Below are positions 19,507 through 29,999 of a DNA stretch of 64,000 nucleotides, one piece after another. Numbering within the stretch: position 1 is the first letter of the stretch; each line of letters starts with the position of its first letter. Location of the stretch: contig CAXXYH010000004.1 in the NCBI GenBank assembly GCA_963677925.2, positions 1,312,001-1,376,000 of the forward strand, read 5' to 3'. Below the pieces are notes generated by a model that worked only from the letters and a program-made list of their open reading frames with translations, searched no databases and had not been told where the DNA came from. A program made the position numbers and the translations under genes. The stretch comes from Spirochaetia bacterium (GTDB taxonomy: Bacteria; Spirochaetota; Spirochaetia; UBA9216).

Positions 19507-19653
19507 ATGAAAACTATAAGAAAGATCAAAGCGATGTTCTCAAGCAGAAGCAATCATGACGTAATGATAAAGAATTACGACAACTGGGAAGATATTATTT
19601 CTACCCCGGAAATGAAACCTTATCTTAATCAGTCCATGAGTCTGCATTTTTAG
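19507..19653 (+). CDS. Small hypothetical protein, 48 aa (not in ORF track)
   Basis: GAGGT SD 6 nt before ATG; MKTIRKIKAMFSSRSNHDVMIKNYDNWEDIISTPEMKPYLNQSMSLHF; followed by a terminator. Confidence 0.6.
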   Translation: MKTIRKIKAMFSSRSNHDVMIKNYDNWEDIISTPEMKPYLNQSMSLHF

Positions 19654-19684
19654 TGTTGAAGGATTCATCGGAATCAACTAACTG

Positions 19685-19721
19685 AAGGCTGCCGGGTTAA
19701 TACACTCTGGCAGCTTTTTTT
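19685..19721 (+). terminator. Terminator between small ORF and convergent OsmC gene
   Basis: GCTGCCGGGT..ACTCTGGCAGC plus T-run. Confidence 0.7.
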
Positions 19722-20127
19722 ATGTCTGTTCGGTGAACTCAATCTCAGTGGACATCTCTGCTACCCTGCTTAGTGTCTGAAAGATTGAACAGTATTTTGC
19801 AGCAAGATCGAAGGCCCGCTCAAATTTCTTTTGGTTGTCTGCTCCCTTCACTTTGAATTTAACACGGCAGTATTTCAGAAACTTCGGTACCTCTTCACGC
19901 TTTTCGCCCTCTATCTCAATATCAGTGGATTCACAGCTGATTCGCATTTTTTTAAAGACTTCTTCAAATGTTGCATACATGCAGGAGCCCAGCGCCATCA
20001 GAAGCATGTCATAGGGCTTCAGGCTGTTTTCCTTCTGCAGAACATTCACAGAGAATCCCGTTGAAGATTCCGCTGTCCCTCCCTCTTCAGTATTAAAATT
20101 GAGTTTCGCATTCAGAGTCTCGCTCAT
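19720..20127 (-). CDS. OsmC/YhfA family protein
   Basis: PYDMLLMALGSC and KYCSI two-Cys pattern; GGGAGG SD before ATG 20127. Confidence 0.85.
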   Translation of the reverse strand: MSETLNAKLNFNTEEGGTAESSTGFSVNVLQKENSLKPYDMLLMALGSCMYATFEEVFKKMRISCESTDIEIEGEKREEVPKFLKYCRVKFKVKGADNQKKFERAFDLAAKYCSIFQTLSRVAEMSTEIEFTEQT

Positions 20128-20201
20128 GCCTGCCTCCCGCATAAAATTTGAAAAAGTTAATATTTAATACAAAATATACTATTTATCAAATTATCTCCAT
20201 T

Positions 20202-20237
20202 GATTGTTTGACATAACAATCTAATTTATGGAATAAT
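20202..20237 (+). promoter_or_regulatory. Promoter TTGACA (-35) inside palindrome GATTGTT-N6-AACAATC (candidate repressor operator)
   Basis: gattgtttgacataacaatc; TGgAATAAT 18 bp downstream of the -35. Confidence 0.55.
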
Positions 20238-20280
20238 TCTTATAAAAGTGCTTCAGATTTAATTTTGAGGTATGTAAAAT

Positions 20281-21954
20281 TTGTATAAAACTGCGGGTAT
20301 TATGTCGTATTTAAATAATAACAGGATTATTAACAGAGCCGGCTGCACAGTCGCATTTTCTACCGGAACAGCTTCAAAGAACGGTGAGACACTGGTAGTT
20401 AAAAACGGTGATATTGATTCTCACTGGTATATGCAGATGGTTCTTTCAAATGGAACTTCCAGTGCTGCTTCAGAAGGTGATTTCTACAGCGGTCCGCTTG
20501 CTCAATTTTCGGGAAAAAAAAGGATTCCATGGGTCGGTCAGCGATGCATGTCATACTGGGCACCGCATATGGGAATAAACGATGCAGGGGTTTCAATCAG
20601 CCTTTTAGCCTCTCCCGGACGGGAGGATAAGGAGAATCCAGGTATTCTGGGCGGCTTTGATTATAACCGCATTGTCCTTGATTTTGCGTCTTCTGCAAGA
20701 GAGGGCGTGGAGCTGATTGCCGGGACAGCTGAGAAATGCGGTTTTGCCGAAACAAGCATGAGCTATGTCATAGGCGACTCTGAAGAGGTCTGGCTTATTG
20801 AAGCTTCCGGATATCACTGGGCCGCAAAGAGATACAGAGACCAGGTCGGAGCACATGCAAACAGTTATATTATTGAAACCGACTGGGATTTATGCTCAGC
20901 GGACCTGGAGGAGTATGCTTTTTCAAAGGGCTGGATAGGAAGGGGTGAACAGCTTAATTTCAGGGATGTCTATTCGGGAAGCGGCTATCTTCATAAACAT
21001 CAGGCACCCCGTCCTGATATTTTTTCAAGCATTGTGAGACAGCACAGGGCTGATGAGCTTATGCAGAGCAAGGCGGCTGCCGGACCTGTTACAGTTGCAG
21101 ATATGATGGAAGTAAGCCGGGATCAGCTTGATGTGTTTGTACTTCCTGATGGGAGCAGGCTTGAATTTAATCAGACACCCTGGCATTCAACCTCTTTTTT
21201 CCGTGATGAATTTGACGGCGGAGAATGGCTTGATGATATGCCGAAGGAAGGCTTTCTGCGTTCACCGGTTTTCATAAGGCAGATATGCTGCGACACCGCA
21301 TATGAAAAAACACTGGGCTCGGCAGTTTTTAATTCCGGCTCAAAGGACCGGCCTGCAGGAATCATGTATGGACTGGTCGGCGTTCCGACATTTTCAGCCT
21401 ACGTTCCCTACTTTCCTGGAATGAAAGAGCTCCATCCTGCATTTTCCGGAATTGAAGCGGCCCGACTCTTTGAAGAGATCGACCTTCATGCCTTCGGTAA
21501 ATACCAGGAATTCCATCCGATAGCCGAACAGGCCTTCAGTTTATTTGAGAGTGAAGTTCTGGTTGCCATGGATGCTGCTGCCGGTGGGAATTCACAGACT
21601 TCAGATTCAATGTCTTTCGCTTCTGCAGACAAACTGATAGGGCTTGGCCGTCAGGTTCTGGATAAGTTCTGGCTTTATGATCTGCGGATCCGGGAATGGG
21701 GCCGAAAGCGTCAGTCTGCGGACAGGGTGCCTGAAATCTATACAATAGTCGGACAGCCTTTCTGCATTGGCTTTACCGGCGGGCAGGTTGTAAGGCCAGT
21801 TGCAGTCAGGAAAGACGGCGAGCTGTTTATCGATCTGGAGCAGGGGCCTGATGAGGTATACCTGCCTGTAAAGGCCGCTTCTGAAAAATATAATTTTGAA
21901 TGGACCGATCTTCCCGACACGGGGGATCTGTTTATATATAAAAACATTAGTTGA
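20281..21954 (+). CDS. C69 dipeptidase/secernin-like Ntn hydrolase
   Basis: GCT nucleophile then ASKNGETLVVKNGD, MGINDAGV, SAREGV, IGDSEEVWLIE, HANSY, YVPYF. Confidence 0.8.
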   Translation: MYKTAGIMSYLNNNRIINRAGCTVAFSTGTASKNGETLVVKNGDIDSHWYMQMVLSNGTSSAASEGDFYSGPLAQFSGKKRIPWVGQRCMSYWAPHMGINDAGVSISLLASPGREDKENPGILGGFDYNRIVLDFASSAREGVELIAGTAEKCGFAETSMSYVIGDSEEVWLIEASGYHWAAKRYRDQVGAHANSYIIETDWDLCSADLEEYAFSKGWIGRGEQLNFRDVYSGSGYLHKHQAPRPDIFSSIVRQHRADELMQSKAAAGPVTVADMMEVSRDQLDVFVLPDGSRLEFNQTPWHSTSFFRDEFDGGEWLDDMPKEGFLRSPVFIRQICCDTAYEKTLGSAVFNSGSKDRPAGIMYGLVGVPTFSAYVPYFPGMKELHPAFSGIEAARLFEEIDLHAFGKYQEFHPIAEQAFSLFESEVLVAMDAAAGGNSQTSDSMSFASADKLIGLGRQVLDKFWLYDLRIREWGRKRQSADRVPEIYTIVGQPFCIGFTGGQVVRPVAVRKDGELFIDLEQGPDEVYLPVKAASEKYNFEWTDLPDTGDLFIYKNIS

Positions 21955-21964
21955 GGAGTGCTTA

Positions 21965-23605
21965 ATGAACACACATCGAAATCCTTTAAGCAGGATAATC
22001 ACGATCTCAATTCTGTTTCTGTTGTTATTCGGAATATTCGCATATGCCGGAGGATCTCAGGAAGTAAAAGATGAAAAAGTCAGGCTGACTGTAGGTTTCA
22101 GGGACGGTGAAGCTCTTGATTCACTGGCTGTGGATATGGCCTGGAAGACCTCCTACATGGGCCTTGAATTCTGGCATATAGTTTATAATCAGCTCTGGGG
22201 CATCGGGCCTTCACCCGATTACGATCCGGTTCCGCTGCTGGCAACAAGCTGGGAAACAGAGGATCACATCACCTGGATTTTTCATCTCGATGAAGATGCC
22301 GTTTGGCAGGACGGAACTCCGGTAACTGCCGATGATGTAGGCTTTTCGCTCTACTATCTTCCGAAGGCAATTCCGGCTACCTACCTCGGTCCCGGTACTG
22401 ATGTTGCAAGCTGGGAGGCCATTGATGACAAGACTGTAAAGATTGTTCTTAATGCTGCTGTAAACGACGGTAAATATCCAATCCCGCTTTGGACACCAAT
22501 CCTTCCCAAGCATATTTTTGAACCTTATAAGGATACCTTTTCTGATTATCCGAATGAGGCTCCTGTCGGAAACGGTCCGTTCAAGGTTAAGGAGTTTGCT
22601 CCTTCAGAATATCTCTGGCTCGAAGCCGATGAAAACTACTGGGGTGAGAAGGCTGGCGTTGATGAGATTGTCTTCCAGACTTTCGGAAGTGATGATGCTT
22701 TGTATGCTGCACTTAAGAGCGGTGAAATCGATATGATAACATCCACCGGTGCAAGTCCCCAGATTGCCGCCGATCTTGATAAGGATCCAAATATAAGCGT
22801 TATAAGATCTCCGGGACTCAACAATCTCTGGATTTCATTCAATACTTATTCTGCAACCCCGCTTGCAGACAAGGATTTCAGAAAGGCCTTCATGTACAGC
22901 ATCGATAAAGATAATATCATCGACCTTGTCTACATGGGTTATGCCGAGAAAGCCAACAGTTTCATCTATCCTGAAATGGACACATACAATGACCAGATTC
23001 CGGTTTATGATAACGACCTTGATAAGGCTGCGGCTCTTCTTGATACTGCCGGTTATACAGATACCGACGGCGACGGTCTGCGCAATGATCCTGCAACCGG
23101 TGAAAACGTTAACATTGAACTGATGGTTTCATCCAGTGCAACTGCAGATGTAAAGATGGCATCACTTATTAAAGAGAATCTGCTCAGATCGGGAATTGAG
23201 GTTACAGTAAAGGCTGTAGACCTTGCCACTTACTGGGAGTTTATCGTTTCTGCAAAATCAGACGGTTACCAGGCTGCAATTGCTTACGGAGATCCGGGCC
23301 CCAATGGAAACTGGGTATGGAATTATGCAGACAGCCAGACCGGATGGAACACAGCCGCATATGCAAATCCTGAGTATGATGAGATTCTTGCAAAGATGAT
23401 ATCTGCTCCTGATTATGAAACACAGAAGGCTTATATCAAACAGCTTCAGGCAATACTTGCCGAGGACCTTCCCTACGGACTTCTTGTAAGACCTGAAAGC
23501 CTTGACCCTGTAAGAACAGACAGACTTGAGGGCTGGGTTCAGAGTATGGGAGGCCTTACTTCCTACATCAACCCCTGGACCTTCTCAAGCGTCCATCCAA
23601 AATAG
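21965..23605 (+). CDS. Peptide ABC substrate-binding protein (DppA/OppA-like)
   Basis: GAGGAG SD; AYAGGSQE signal; PLLATSWE, WQDGTPVTADDV, PVGNGPF. Confidence 0.92.
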   Translation: MNTHRNPLSRIITISILFLLLFGIFAYAGGSQEVKDEKVRLTVGFRDGEALDSLAVDMAWKTSYMGLEFWHIVYNQLWGIGPSPDYDPVPLLATSWETEDHITWIFHLDEDAVWQDGTPVTADDVGFSLYYLPKAIPATYLGPGTDVASWEAIDDKTVKIVLNAAVNDGKYPIPLWTPILPKHIFEPYKDTFSDYPNEAPVGNGPFKVKEFAPSEYLWLEADENYWGEKAGVDEIVFQTFGSDDALYAALKSGEIDMITSTGASPQIAADLDKDPNISVIRSPGLNNLWISFNTYSATPLADKDFRKAFMYSIDKDNIIDLVYMGYAEKANSFIYPEMDTYNDQIPVYDNDLDKAAALLDTAGYTDTDGDGLRNDPATGENVNIELMVSSSATADVKMASLIKENLLRSGIEVTVKAVDLATYWEFIVSAKSDGYQAAIAYGDPGPNGNWVWNYADSQTGWNTAAYANPEYDEILAKMISAPDYETQKAYIKQLQAILAEDLPYGLLVRPESLDPVRTDRLEGWVQSMGGLTSYINPWTFSSVHPK

Positions 23606-23615
23606 ATATCGTTTC

Positions 23616-23647
23616 AAGGCCCGGTACCAACGCCGGGCCTTCTTTTA
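23616..23647 (+). terminator. Intra-operon stem-loop after SBP
   Basis: AAGGCCCGG/CCGGGCCTT plus CTTTT. Confidence 0.65.
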
Positions 23648-23662
23648 ATTCCGAGGTACCTG

Positions 23663-24631
23663 ATGAATAAATATATTCTAAAAAAGGTTATAGGCATGGT
23701 GATAACTGTTTTTGCGGTTTTATGTCTGAACTTTATTATCTTCCGCCTTGCTCCGGGTGATCCCATCAGAATGATGTTTCATGATCCCAGAAGCAGTGAG
23801 GCGCAGTTTGAGCTGCAGAAACAGAAATACGGACTGGACAAGCCTATCAGCTACCAGTTTGCTGTATACGTAAAAAATATTGCAAATGGGGATCTGGGCG
23901 AATCATTCTGGAAAAAGAAACCGGTTCTTTCCATTATTATGGAGCGGGTTCCGGCAACCCTGCTTCTGGTTCTTACATCCCTTGGACTTGCAATAATTCT
24001 GGGAATATTTCTCGGGGCTATTGCAGGATGGCGAAACGGATCGAAACTCGATTCGGTGATTCTGACCGCTTCGCTTACGCTCTACTCTGTTCCAAAGTTT
24101 GCACTGGGAATAGTGCTGCTGCTTATTTTTGCATATCTGGTTCCTGTTCTTCCCTTCGGCGGGATTAAAACCCCCGCAACCGGTTATACCGGAATCCGCT
24201 ATGCTCTGGATGTCGCAAAGCATATGGTCCTGCCGGTGTTTTCGATACTGCTGTGGTACTTCGGTGAATACATCATACTTACGCGTTCTTCGATGCTAGA
24301 TGTAATGCATGAAGAGTTCATCCAGACTGCCCACTCAAAGGGACTTCCGGACGGCCAGGTTCTCAGAAAGCACGCGCTTAGAAATGCAATGCTGCCGATT
24401 GCCACAATTACCGAAGTAAATATCGGGCTGGCTCTTGCCGGTGTAATTGAGGCCGAGACCGTTTTCTCCTGGCCGGGGATAGGGCGGCTTACCTATGAGG
24501 CCGTTATGAAAAGAGACTATCCTCTGCTTCAGGGTCTGTTTCTTGTCTTTGCGGTTTCAATAGTTCTGGCCAACTTTATAATGGATCTTCTCTATGTTTA
24601 CATCGATCCCCGTATCGGAAGGGAGCATTGA
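23663..24631 (+). CDS. dppB: Peptide ABC permease (DppB-like)
   Basis: PGDP, GDLGES, TRSSMLDV..AHSKGL, ETVFSWPGIG, RDYPLLQG, IDPRI. Confidence 0.92.
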   Translation: MNKYILKKVIGMVITVFAVLCLNFIIFRLAPGDPIRMMFHDPRSSEAQFELQKQKYGLDKPISYQFAVYVKNIANGDLGESFWKKKPVLSIIMERVPATLLLVLTSLGLAIILGIFLGAIAGWRNGSKLDSVILTASLTLYSVPKFALGIVLLLIFAYLVPVLPFGGIKTPATGYTGIRYALDVAKHMVLPVFSILLWYFGEYIILTRSSMLDVMHEEFIQTAHSKGLPDGQVLRKHALRNAMLPIATITEVNIGLALAGVIEAETVFSWPGIGRLTYEAVMKRDYPLLQGLFLVFAVSIVLANFIMDLLYVYIDPRIGREH

Positions 24632-25503
24632 TTATGAGAGAAACCAAACTTACGGCAAAAGTATTCTTTAAGCAGATACTTATTCACCCGAAGGGGCGTA
24701 TCGGTCTTTTTCTTATTCTGCTTATTCTGATATTCGCTGTCTTTGCACCCTTCCTGCATACGGTTGATCCGCAGAAATCAGGAGAGGCTGCGAATGCCCT
24801 GCTTGCACCTAACACTGTTAATTTTTTCGGAACAGATGATATGGCCCGTGATGTCTGGAGTCAGACTCTGTACGGGGCAAGGATATCGCTTTTAATCGGT
24901 TTTATTGCCGCGCTTATAACTGTTGTTACCGGATCGGTTATCGGTCTTGTGTCCGGTTATTTCGGCGGAGCTGTGGATTTGATACTGGGACGTATAATTG
25001 ATTTTTTCATGATGCTTCCCGGACTGCCGCTGATGATTGTGCTTGCTGCCGTTCTGGGACCCAGCCTCTGGACCATCATCCTTGTTGTGTCCCTTATAAG
25101 CTGGCCCTCCACGGCAAGAATTGTGCGCTCACAGGTTCTGTCTCTTAAGGAAAGACCATTCATTGAGGCCTCACGCTGTATAGGTTCCGGTGATGCATAT
25201 CTTATGTTCATCGACATCCTCCCGGGTGTTCTTCCGCTGATGTTCGCCCAGGCAATCCTGATGGTTACAAACGCGATTTATTCAGAATCAGTTCTCAGCT
25301 TTCTGGGGCTTGGCGATGTTACATCCGTGAGCTGGGGGATGATGCTTCATTTTGCCTTTGCATCCGGACTGCTTGCAAAGGCTCCCTGGTGGATTGCTCC
25401 TCCGATTGTCTTTATCGTAATGATAATACTCGGGTTTACATTTCTGGGTACTGCTATCAACGATATTCTCAATCCCGGATACCGCAGGTCAAAGGGATTA
25501 TAG
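24628..25503 (+). CDS. dppC: Peptide ABC permease (DppC-like)
   Basis: GTDDMARD, YGARISL, ARIVRSQVLSLKERPFIEA, LSFLGLG, SWGMML. Confidence 0.92.
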   Translation: MIMRETKLTAKVFFKQILIHPKGRIGLFLILLILIFAVFAPFLHTVDPQKSGEAANALLAPNTVNFFGTDDMARDVWSQTLYGARISLLIGFIAALITVVTGSVIGLVSGYFGGAVDLILGRIIDFFMMLPGLPLMIVLAAVLGPSLWTIILVVSLISWPSTARIVRSQVLSLKERPFIEASRCIGSGDAYLMFIDILPGVLPLMFAQAILMVTNAIYSESVLSFLGLGDVTSVSWGMMLHFAFASGLLAKAPWWIAPPIVFIVMIILGFTFLGTAINDILNPGYRRSKGL

Positions 25504-25512
25504 GAGGACACT

Positions 25513-26475
25513 ATGGCATTACTTGAAGTTACTAACCTCAGTGTTCATTATGAAACACAGAGCGGAACAGCAAAGGCTGTTGAAAATATAAGTTTTTCTC
25601 TTGAGAAAGGTGAGACCATCGGCTTTATCGGTGAATCAGGCTGCGGAAAATCAACCACTGCAAGTGCACTGATCAGAATGGTGCAGCCTCCCGGATTTAT
25701 TGCGGGCGGAAGTATTGTATTTAAGGGAAAGGATCTGCTTTCGTACTCCGAGCAGGATTTTAAAAAGATCCGCGGTAAGGAAATAGCGATTGTACGGCAG
25801 CAGGCCCAGCATGCACTTAATCCGGTTATGCGGATAGGCGATCAGATTACCGAGATTATCAAAAATCATGAGGGGGTTTCCAACGCCGAAGCAGTTAAGC
25901 GTGCGAATGAACAGCTTGAACTTGTCGGTCTTGATTCCGGAAGGTTCAGAAGCTATCCGCACCAGTTCAGCGGAGGGATGAAACAGCGGACGATTATCGC
26001 AATTGCAACAGCATGCAGGCCGGGACTGCTTATTCTTGATGAACCCATTACCGGGCTTGATGTAATTGTTCAGCGTCAGCTTCTTACCCTTCTGAAGGAT
26101 CTGAAGGCAGAGCTGGATTTAACTACGATTTTCATCGCCCATGATCTTGCTGTAGTCTCGGAAACCTGCAGCCGGACCGCTGTGATGTACGGCGGTAAAA
26201 TAGTTGAAAATACTGAAACATCCATGCTTTTTAAAAAGCCCCTTCACCCATACAGCGAGGCTCTTGTAAAATCGTATCCAAGCATTCTGGGTGAAAAGCA
26301 GGAGCTCTACAGTATTCCCGGCAGTCCGCCGGATCTGATTAACCCGCCTGAGGGCTGCCGCTTCGCCGAACGCTGCGAAAAAGCAATGCCTGTCTGCAGG
26401 GAAAAAGAACCGGCAGAATATAGGATTGACGGCCGGACTGTGCTCTGCCACCTATACGGAGATAAAAATGACTGA
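25513..26475 (+). CDS. dppD: Peptide ABC ATPase (DppD-like)
   Basis: [28 protein letters not shown]-terminal Cys cluster. Confidence 0.93.
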   Translation: MALLEVTNLSVHYETQSGTAKAVENISFSLEKGETIGFIGESGCGKSTTASALIRMVQPPGFIAGGSIVFKGKDLLSYSEQDFKKIRGKEIAIVRQQAQHALNPVMRIGDQITEIIKNHEGVSNAEAVKRANEQLELVGLDSGRFRSYPHQFSGGMKQRTIIAIATACRPGLLILDEPITGLDVIVQRQLLTLLKDLKAELDLTTIFIAHDLAVVSETCSRTAVMYGGKIVENTETSMLFKKPLHPYSEALVKSYPSILGEKQELYSIPGSPPDLINPPEGCRFAERCEKAMPVCREKEPAEYRIDGRTVLCHLYGDKND

Positions 26476-27421
26476 ACCTGTACTTGTAACGAAATCGCTT
26501 AAAAAGGTATTTAACTCCGGAAAGAATAATATAAAAGCCGTGGACGGTATTTCACTTTCAATCGGGCGCGGGGAGATCCTCGGCGTAGTAGGGGAGTCCG
26601 GCTGCGGTAAATCAACCCTCGGGCGGACAATACTCAGGCTGGTGGAACCCACATCCGGGGAGGTAAATGTCTGCGGAATGGATATAACCTCTCTGAACCG
26701 GAGGCAGCTTAAAGACGCCAGGCAGAAGATGCAGATGATATTTCAGGATCCCTTCGGTTCGCTCAACCCCAGGCGTTCCGTCTACGATATTATAGCGCAG
26801 TCGGTACGGACCCACCATCTTGCTTCATCGAAGGAAGATGAAGCACTGATGATTGAATATGTTCTTCGTGATGTAGGCTTGGACCCGGATGTGTTTCTGT
26901 CAAAATACCCGGCATCGATGAGCGGCGGGCAGCTTCAGAGAGTGAGCATGGCAAGGGTTCTTGTGCTGAAGCCTGAGTTCATAGTTGCCGACGAGCCGGT
27001 CTCTATGCTTGATGTTTCAATCAGGATCGGGATTCTGAAGCTGCTGAAAAAAATTAGGGATGAGCATAACATCTCATTTCTGTATATAACCCATGACCTG
27101 TCAACTGCAAGGTATATCTGCGACCGGATATCAATTCTCTACCTCGGTGCTGTAATGGAATCCGGACCGACCGAGACAATTCTTCAGTCTCCAATGCACC
27201 CCTACACAAAGGCTTTGATTGCGGCCGTGCCCTGTACGGACCCTTCATTAAAGGAGGAGGATATTCCTATCAAGGGTTTTGTTCCTGTAGACTACAGCCT
27301 GCTTGATAACCGCTGCCGTTTTGCCGACAGATGCCCGCAGGCTTTTGATAAGTGCTTCAGTGAAGCGCCGAAGGAATCGGAGCAGGGAGATAAGCACAGG
27401 GTGAGCTGTCATTTGTATTAA
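26468..27421 (+). CDS. dppF: Peptide ABC ATPase (DppF-like)
   Basis: [40 protein letters not shown]. Confidence 0.93.
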   Translation: MTEPVLVTKSLKKVFNSGKNNIKAVDGISLSIGRGEILGVVGESGCGKSTLGRTILRLVEPTSGEVNVCGMDITSLNRRQLKDARQKMQMIFQDPFGSLNPRRSVYDIIAQSVRTHHLASSKEDEALMIEYVLRDVGLDPDVFLSKYPASMSGGQLQRVSMARVLVLKPEFIVADEPVSMLDVSIRIGILKLLKKIRDEHNISFLYITHDLSTARYICDRISILYLGAVMESGPTETILQSPMHPYTKALIAAVPCTDPSLKEEDIPIKGFVPVDYSLLDNRCRFADRCPQAFDKCFSEAPKESEQGDKHRVSCHLY

Positions 27422-27460
27422 TCTGATTTGAATTAAGGGCATGTCTAATAGCCCCGAACT

Positions 27461-27510
27461 AAAAAAAAGGGGCTGACTAAGATTCGTTTTTGTCAGCCCC
27501 TTTCTATTTT
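27461..27510. terminator. Bidirectional terminator between dppF and GRE-1
   Basis: A8-GGGGCTGAC..GTCAGCCCC-TTTCTATTTT. Confidence 0.85.
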
Positions 27511-27525
27511 ACAGGTCAGGATTTG

Positions 27526-29922
27526 CTACATCGCCTGTTCTGTCCGGGCAATTATTTCATCCTGAACTCTGGAAGTTAAGGTTACATAATAGGTGCTGTA
27601 TCCGGCAACGCGGATTATCAGATCCCTGTACTTGTCTTTTTCCACCTTTGCCGCTTCCAGGGTTTCCCGGCTGACGACGTTCAGCTGGATCTGCTTTCCC
27701 CCGCTTATAAGATATGTTTTTACCATTGATGCAAGCTTCCTGAGATCTTCATCCGTTTTCAGGGTTCCCGGATGAAACTTCATGTTCAGAAGTGTTGCCA
27801 TGTATTCATCCTGCGGGATCTTCATGGCGCTCTGCAGTGCTGCAAGCGGCCCCTTGCGATCCATGCCCTGAACCGGAGAAATCGAGCCGTCCGCAAAGGT
27901 TTCTCCGTCTTTACGGCCGTCCGGTGTTGCGCTTGTCATCGCACCGCCGGGGGCATGAGCAGTTATTGATATTGCTGTGGGCAGTACCTTTGCATCAAAA
28001 ATTGAAGTGAACTCCTGAACTATTTCAGCAAAATCATGCCAGAACCTGCCTGCTATGTCATCTACAAAGGCGTCGTTGTTTCCGTACTTCGGCGCATCAA
28101 GGCAGAGTTTTCTTAAATCTTCGTAGCCTTCCCAGTTTGCCCGAAGGGCTTTAATCATGGTATCGGCGGGAATGCTTTTGTCTTCAAAGACGAGCTTTTT
28201 AACGGCGGCCAGGGAATCTACTGTGTTGGCCATACCTACTACATTGATCGCAGAACCGTTTTCAAAAGGCAGTCTTCGATCAAGGCCGTCACGTCCCGCC
28301 TTCATGGCATCATGGAGGAAGGCGCTTGTCACTACATCGGGGTAGAGTTCCCTCTGAACCATCAGAAGGATATTGTGTTCCTCGACGACCATTCCAATGA
28401 AATGTCTGCACTGTTCAAGAAATGCCCGGTAAAAATCTTCAAAGCTTTCAAATGATTCGAACTCACCTGTTTCAAGGCCCAGCAGTTCACCGCTTTTAGG
28501 TTCACGTCCATTATAAAGCGCAGTTTCAAGGTACATCGGTATTATGCTCATTCCGAAGGCCTGATTGCGGGATTTCCCGGGCAGCATGAGATCCATGCAT
28601 CCGGCAATGGCAAACTCCCGGGCTTCCTCTACCGGAATTCCCTGCTTTGTTATGAAGTTTATATAACTGTCTTCAGATATAAAAGCAGGCATTCCTGCAC
28701 CGGTTCTAACGACCTCCATTCCCTTGGCTATAAAATCTATGGGAGTGTCTTTTCCGACCCGCATGGTAAGTGTATGGTGAGGCGTCTGGCAGTCAAGCGC
28801 GGCTTCAAGCATGAGATATGATAACTCATTGGTGACATCCTTGCCGCTGCTGTCGCAGCCTCCTATAATAAAATTATGCCAGCGTGCCATTCCAGCCCAT
28901 TTTTCACGCTGGTTTTTACCGCCGCCCACAAAATTAAGCTGCATTATCTTTAATCTGAGGCATTCGAAAAGTTCAAGAGCCTCATCCCTCGTGATTCTGC
29001 CTTCTTCGAGATCAGCCTTGTACAGGGGCCAGAGGTACTGATCCATACGGCCGCCCGGCTGGGCCCCGTGTGCAACCATCATCCAGTAGAAGAAGAAAAA
29101 CTGAATACCTTCCCTGAATGTCCGTGCGGGATGCTCGGGGATATGCCGGCAGATTTCAGCGATCTGAATAAGTTCTTTTTTCCGCTTCTCATCATTTTCG
29201 TCACTGGCCATGGTTTCGGCCAGATCAGCGTAGCGTCCTGCCAGTCTGATTATCGCCGGAAGCGCAATCAGGGATGCCTTGTAAAAATTAGCCTTTGTTA
29301 CTGATTCTGCATCATAATAACGGAGTTCAAGAAGTTTCTGACGGGCCTCTTCTATAAAGGGGCCGATTCCTGTATGTATGATTCTTCCGTAGTCGGGACA
29401 GTTCAATGTTGTCGGGCCCATTCCCAGGCCCCAGCCCATTCCGGCTGCTCCCTGTCCGCGGCCCAGATCTTTCCTCTCCCAGGGCGGGCAGAGAAAACCG
29501 CGTTTGATAAAGGGCCACAACCGCTCATCATTGTAATGGAAGCCCTGGCGTTCATCCTGTGTCCGCCCCTTTCCGCTGTAATAATCATCCATGCTGCGGA
29601 TGGTTTTTCTGTCCTCTTCCGAGAGATATATCTGTCCTCCGGACAGCAGGTCGTCGAGATCATCATCCGGCCACCCCGGTCCGCCTGAGCCCATCTCCAT
29701 GCCCATCGGCTTGCTGGCAATGTTTCCGATTATAAGTTCATCCGGTTCGATGAAGATTGTCTTGTTGTCAAGATAATCGGCAGTTGCCTGCGCACGTCTG
29801 ACTATCTGCGGCCATCCGTCATTCTGCTTGAAAGAATTTAAAACTATTTCTGCTTTCTCTACACAAATTGGAAACTTATCTACTCTTAAAGCTTCCCTGA
29901 GCCTTTTTATTCTGTCATTCAT
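27526..29922 (-). CDS. Glycyl radical enzyme, uncharacterised clade (GRE-1)
   Basis: IRVAGYS Gly loop (Gly774), AIAGCMD Cys loop (Cys442), GRMDQY, PKYGN, TPDGRK. Confidence 0.95.
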   Translation of the reverse strand: MNDRIKRLREALRVDKFPICVEKAEIVLNSFKQNDGWPQIVRRAQATADYLDNKTIFIEPDELIIGNIASKPMGMEMGSGGPGWPDDDLDDLLSGGQIYLSEEDRKTIRSMDDYYSGKGRTQDERQGFHYNDERLWPFIKRGFLCPPWERKDLGRGQGAAGMGWGLGMGPTTLNCPDYGRIIHTGIGPFIEEARQKLLELRYYDAESVTKANFYKASLIALPAIIRLAGRYADLAETMASDENDEKRKKELIQIAEICRHIPEHPARTFREGIQFFFFYWMMVAHGAQPGGRMDQYLWPLYKADLEEGRITRDEALELFECLRLKIMQLNFVGGGKNQREKWAGMARWHNFIIGGCDSSGKDVTNELSYLMLEAALDCQTPHHTLTMRVGKDTPIDFIAKGMEVVRTGAGMPAFISEDSYINFITKQGIPVEEAREFAIAGCMDLMLPGKSRNQAFGMSIIPMYLETALYNGREPKSGELLGLETGEFESFESFEDFYRAFLEQCRHFIGMVVEEHNILLMVQRELYPDVVTSAFLHDAMKAGRDGLDRRLPFENGSAINVVGMANTVDSLAAVKKLVFEDKSIPADTMIKALRANWEGYEDLRKLCLDAPKYGNNDAFVDDIAGRFWHDFAEIVQEFTSIFDAKVLPTAISITAHAPGGAMTSATPDGRKDGETFADGSISPVQGMDRKGPLAALQSAMKIPQDEYMATLLNMKFHPGTLKTDEDLRKLASMVKTYLISGGKQIQLNVVSRETLEAAKVEKDKYRDLIIRVAGYSTYYVTLTSRVQDEIIARTEQAM

Positions 29923-29944
29923 AAAAAACCTTCCTCCGGAGGCA

Positions 29945-29975
29945 ATTATCGCTGTTCCTATTGTGGGAAGGTCAA
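29945..29975 (-). promoter_or_regulatory. MerR-type promoter TTGACC-19 bp-GATAAT with dyad CTTCC-N7-GGAAC
   Basis: Minus strand TTGACCttcccacaataggaacagcGATAAT, then GGAGGAAGG SD. Confidence 0.65.
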
Positions 29976-29999
29976 GTTTTTATTTGCTGATGAGAGTTT

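Noticed and set aside
19365-19553. 62-aa minus-strand ORF from the track
   Set aside because: TTG start without SD, low-complexity AT-rich sequence, overlaps the better-supported plus-strand small ORF
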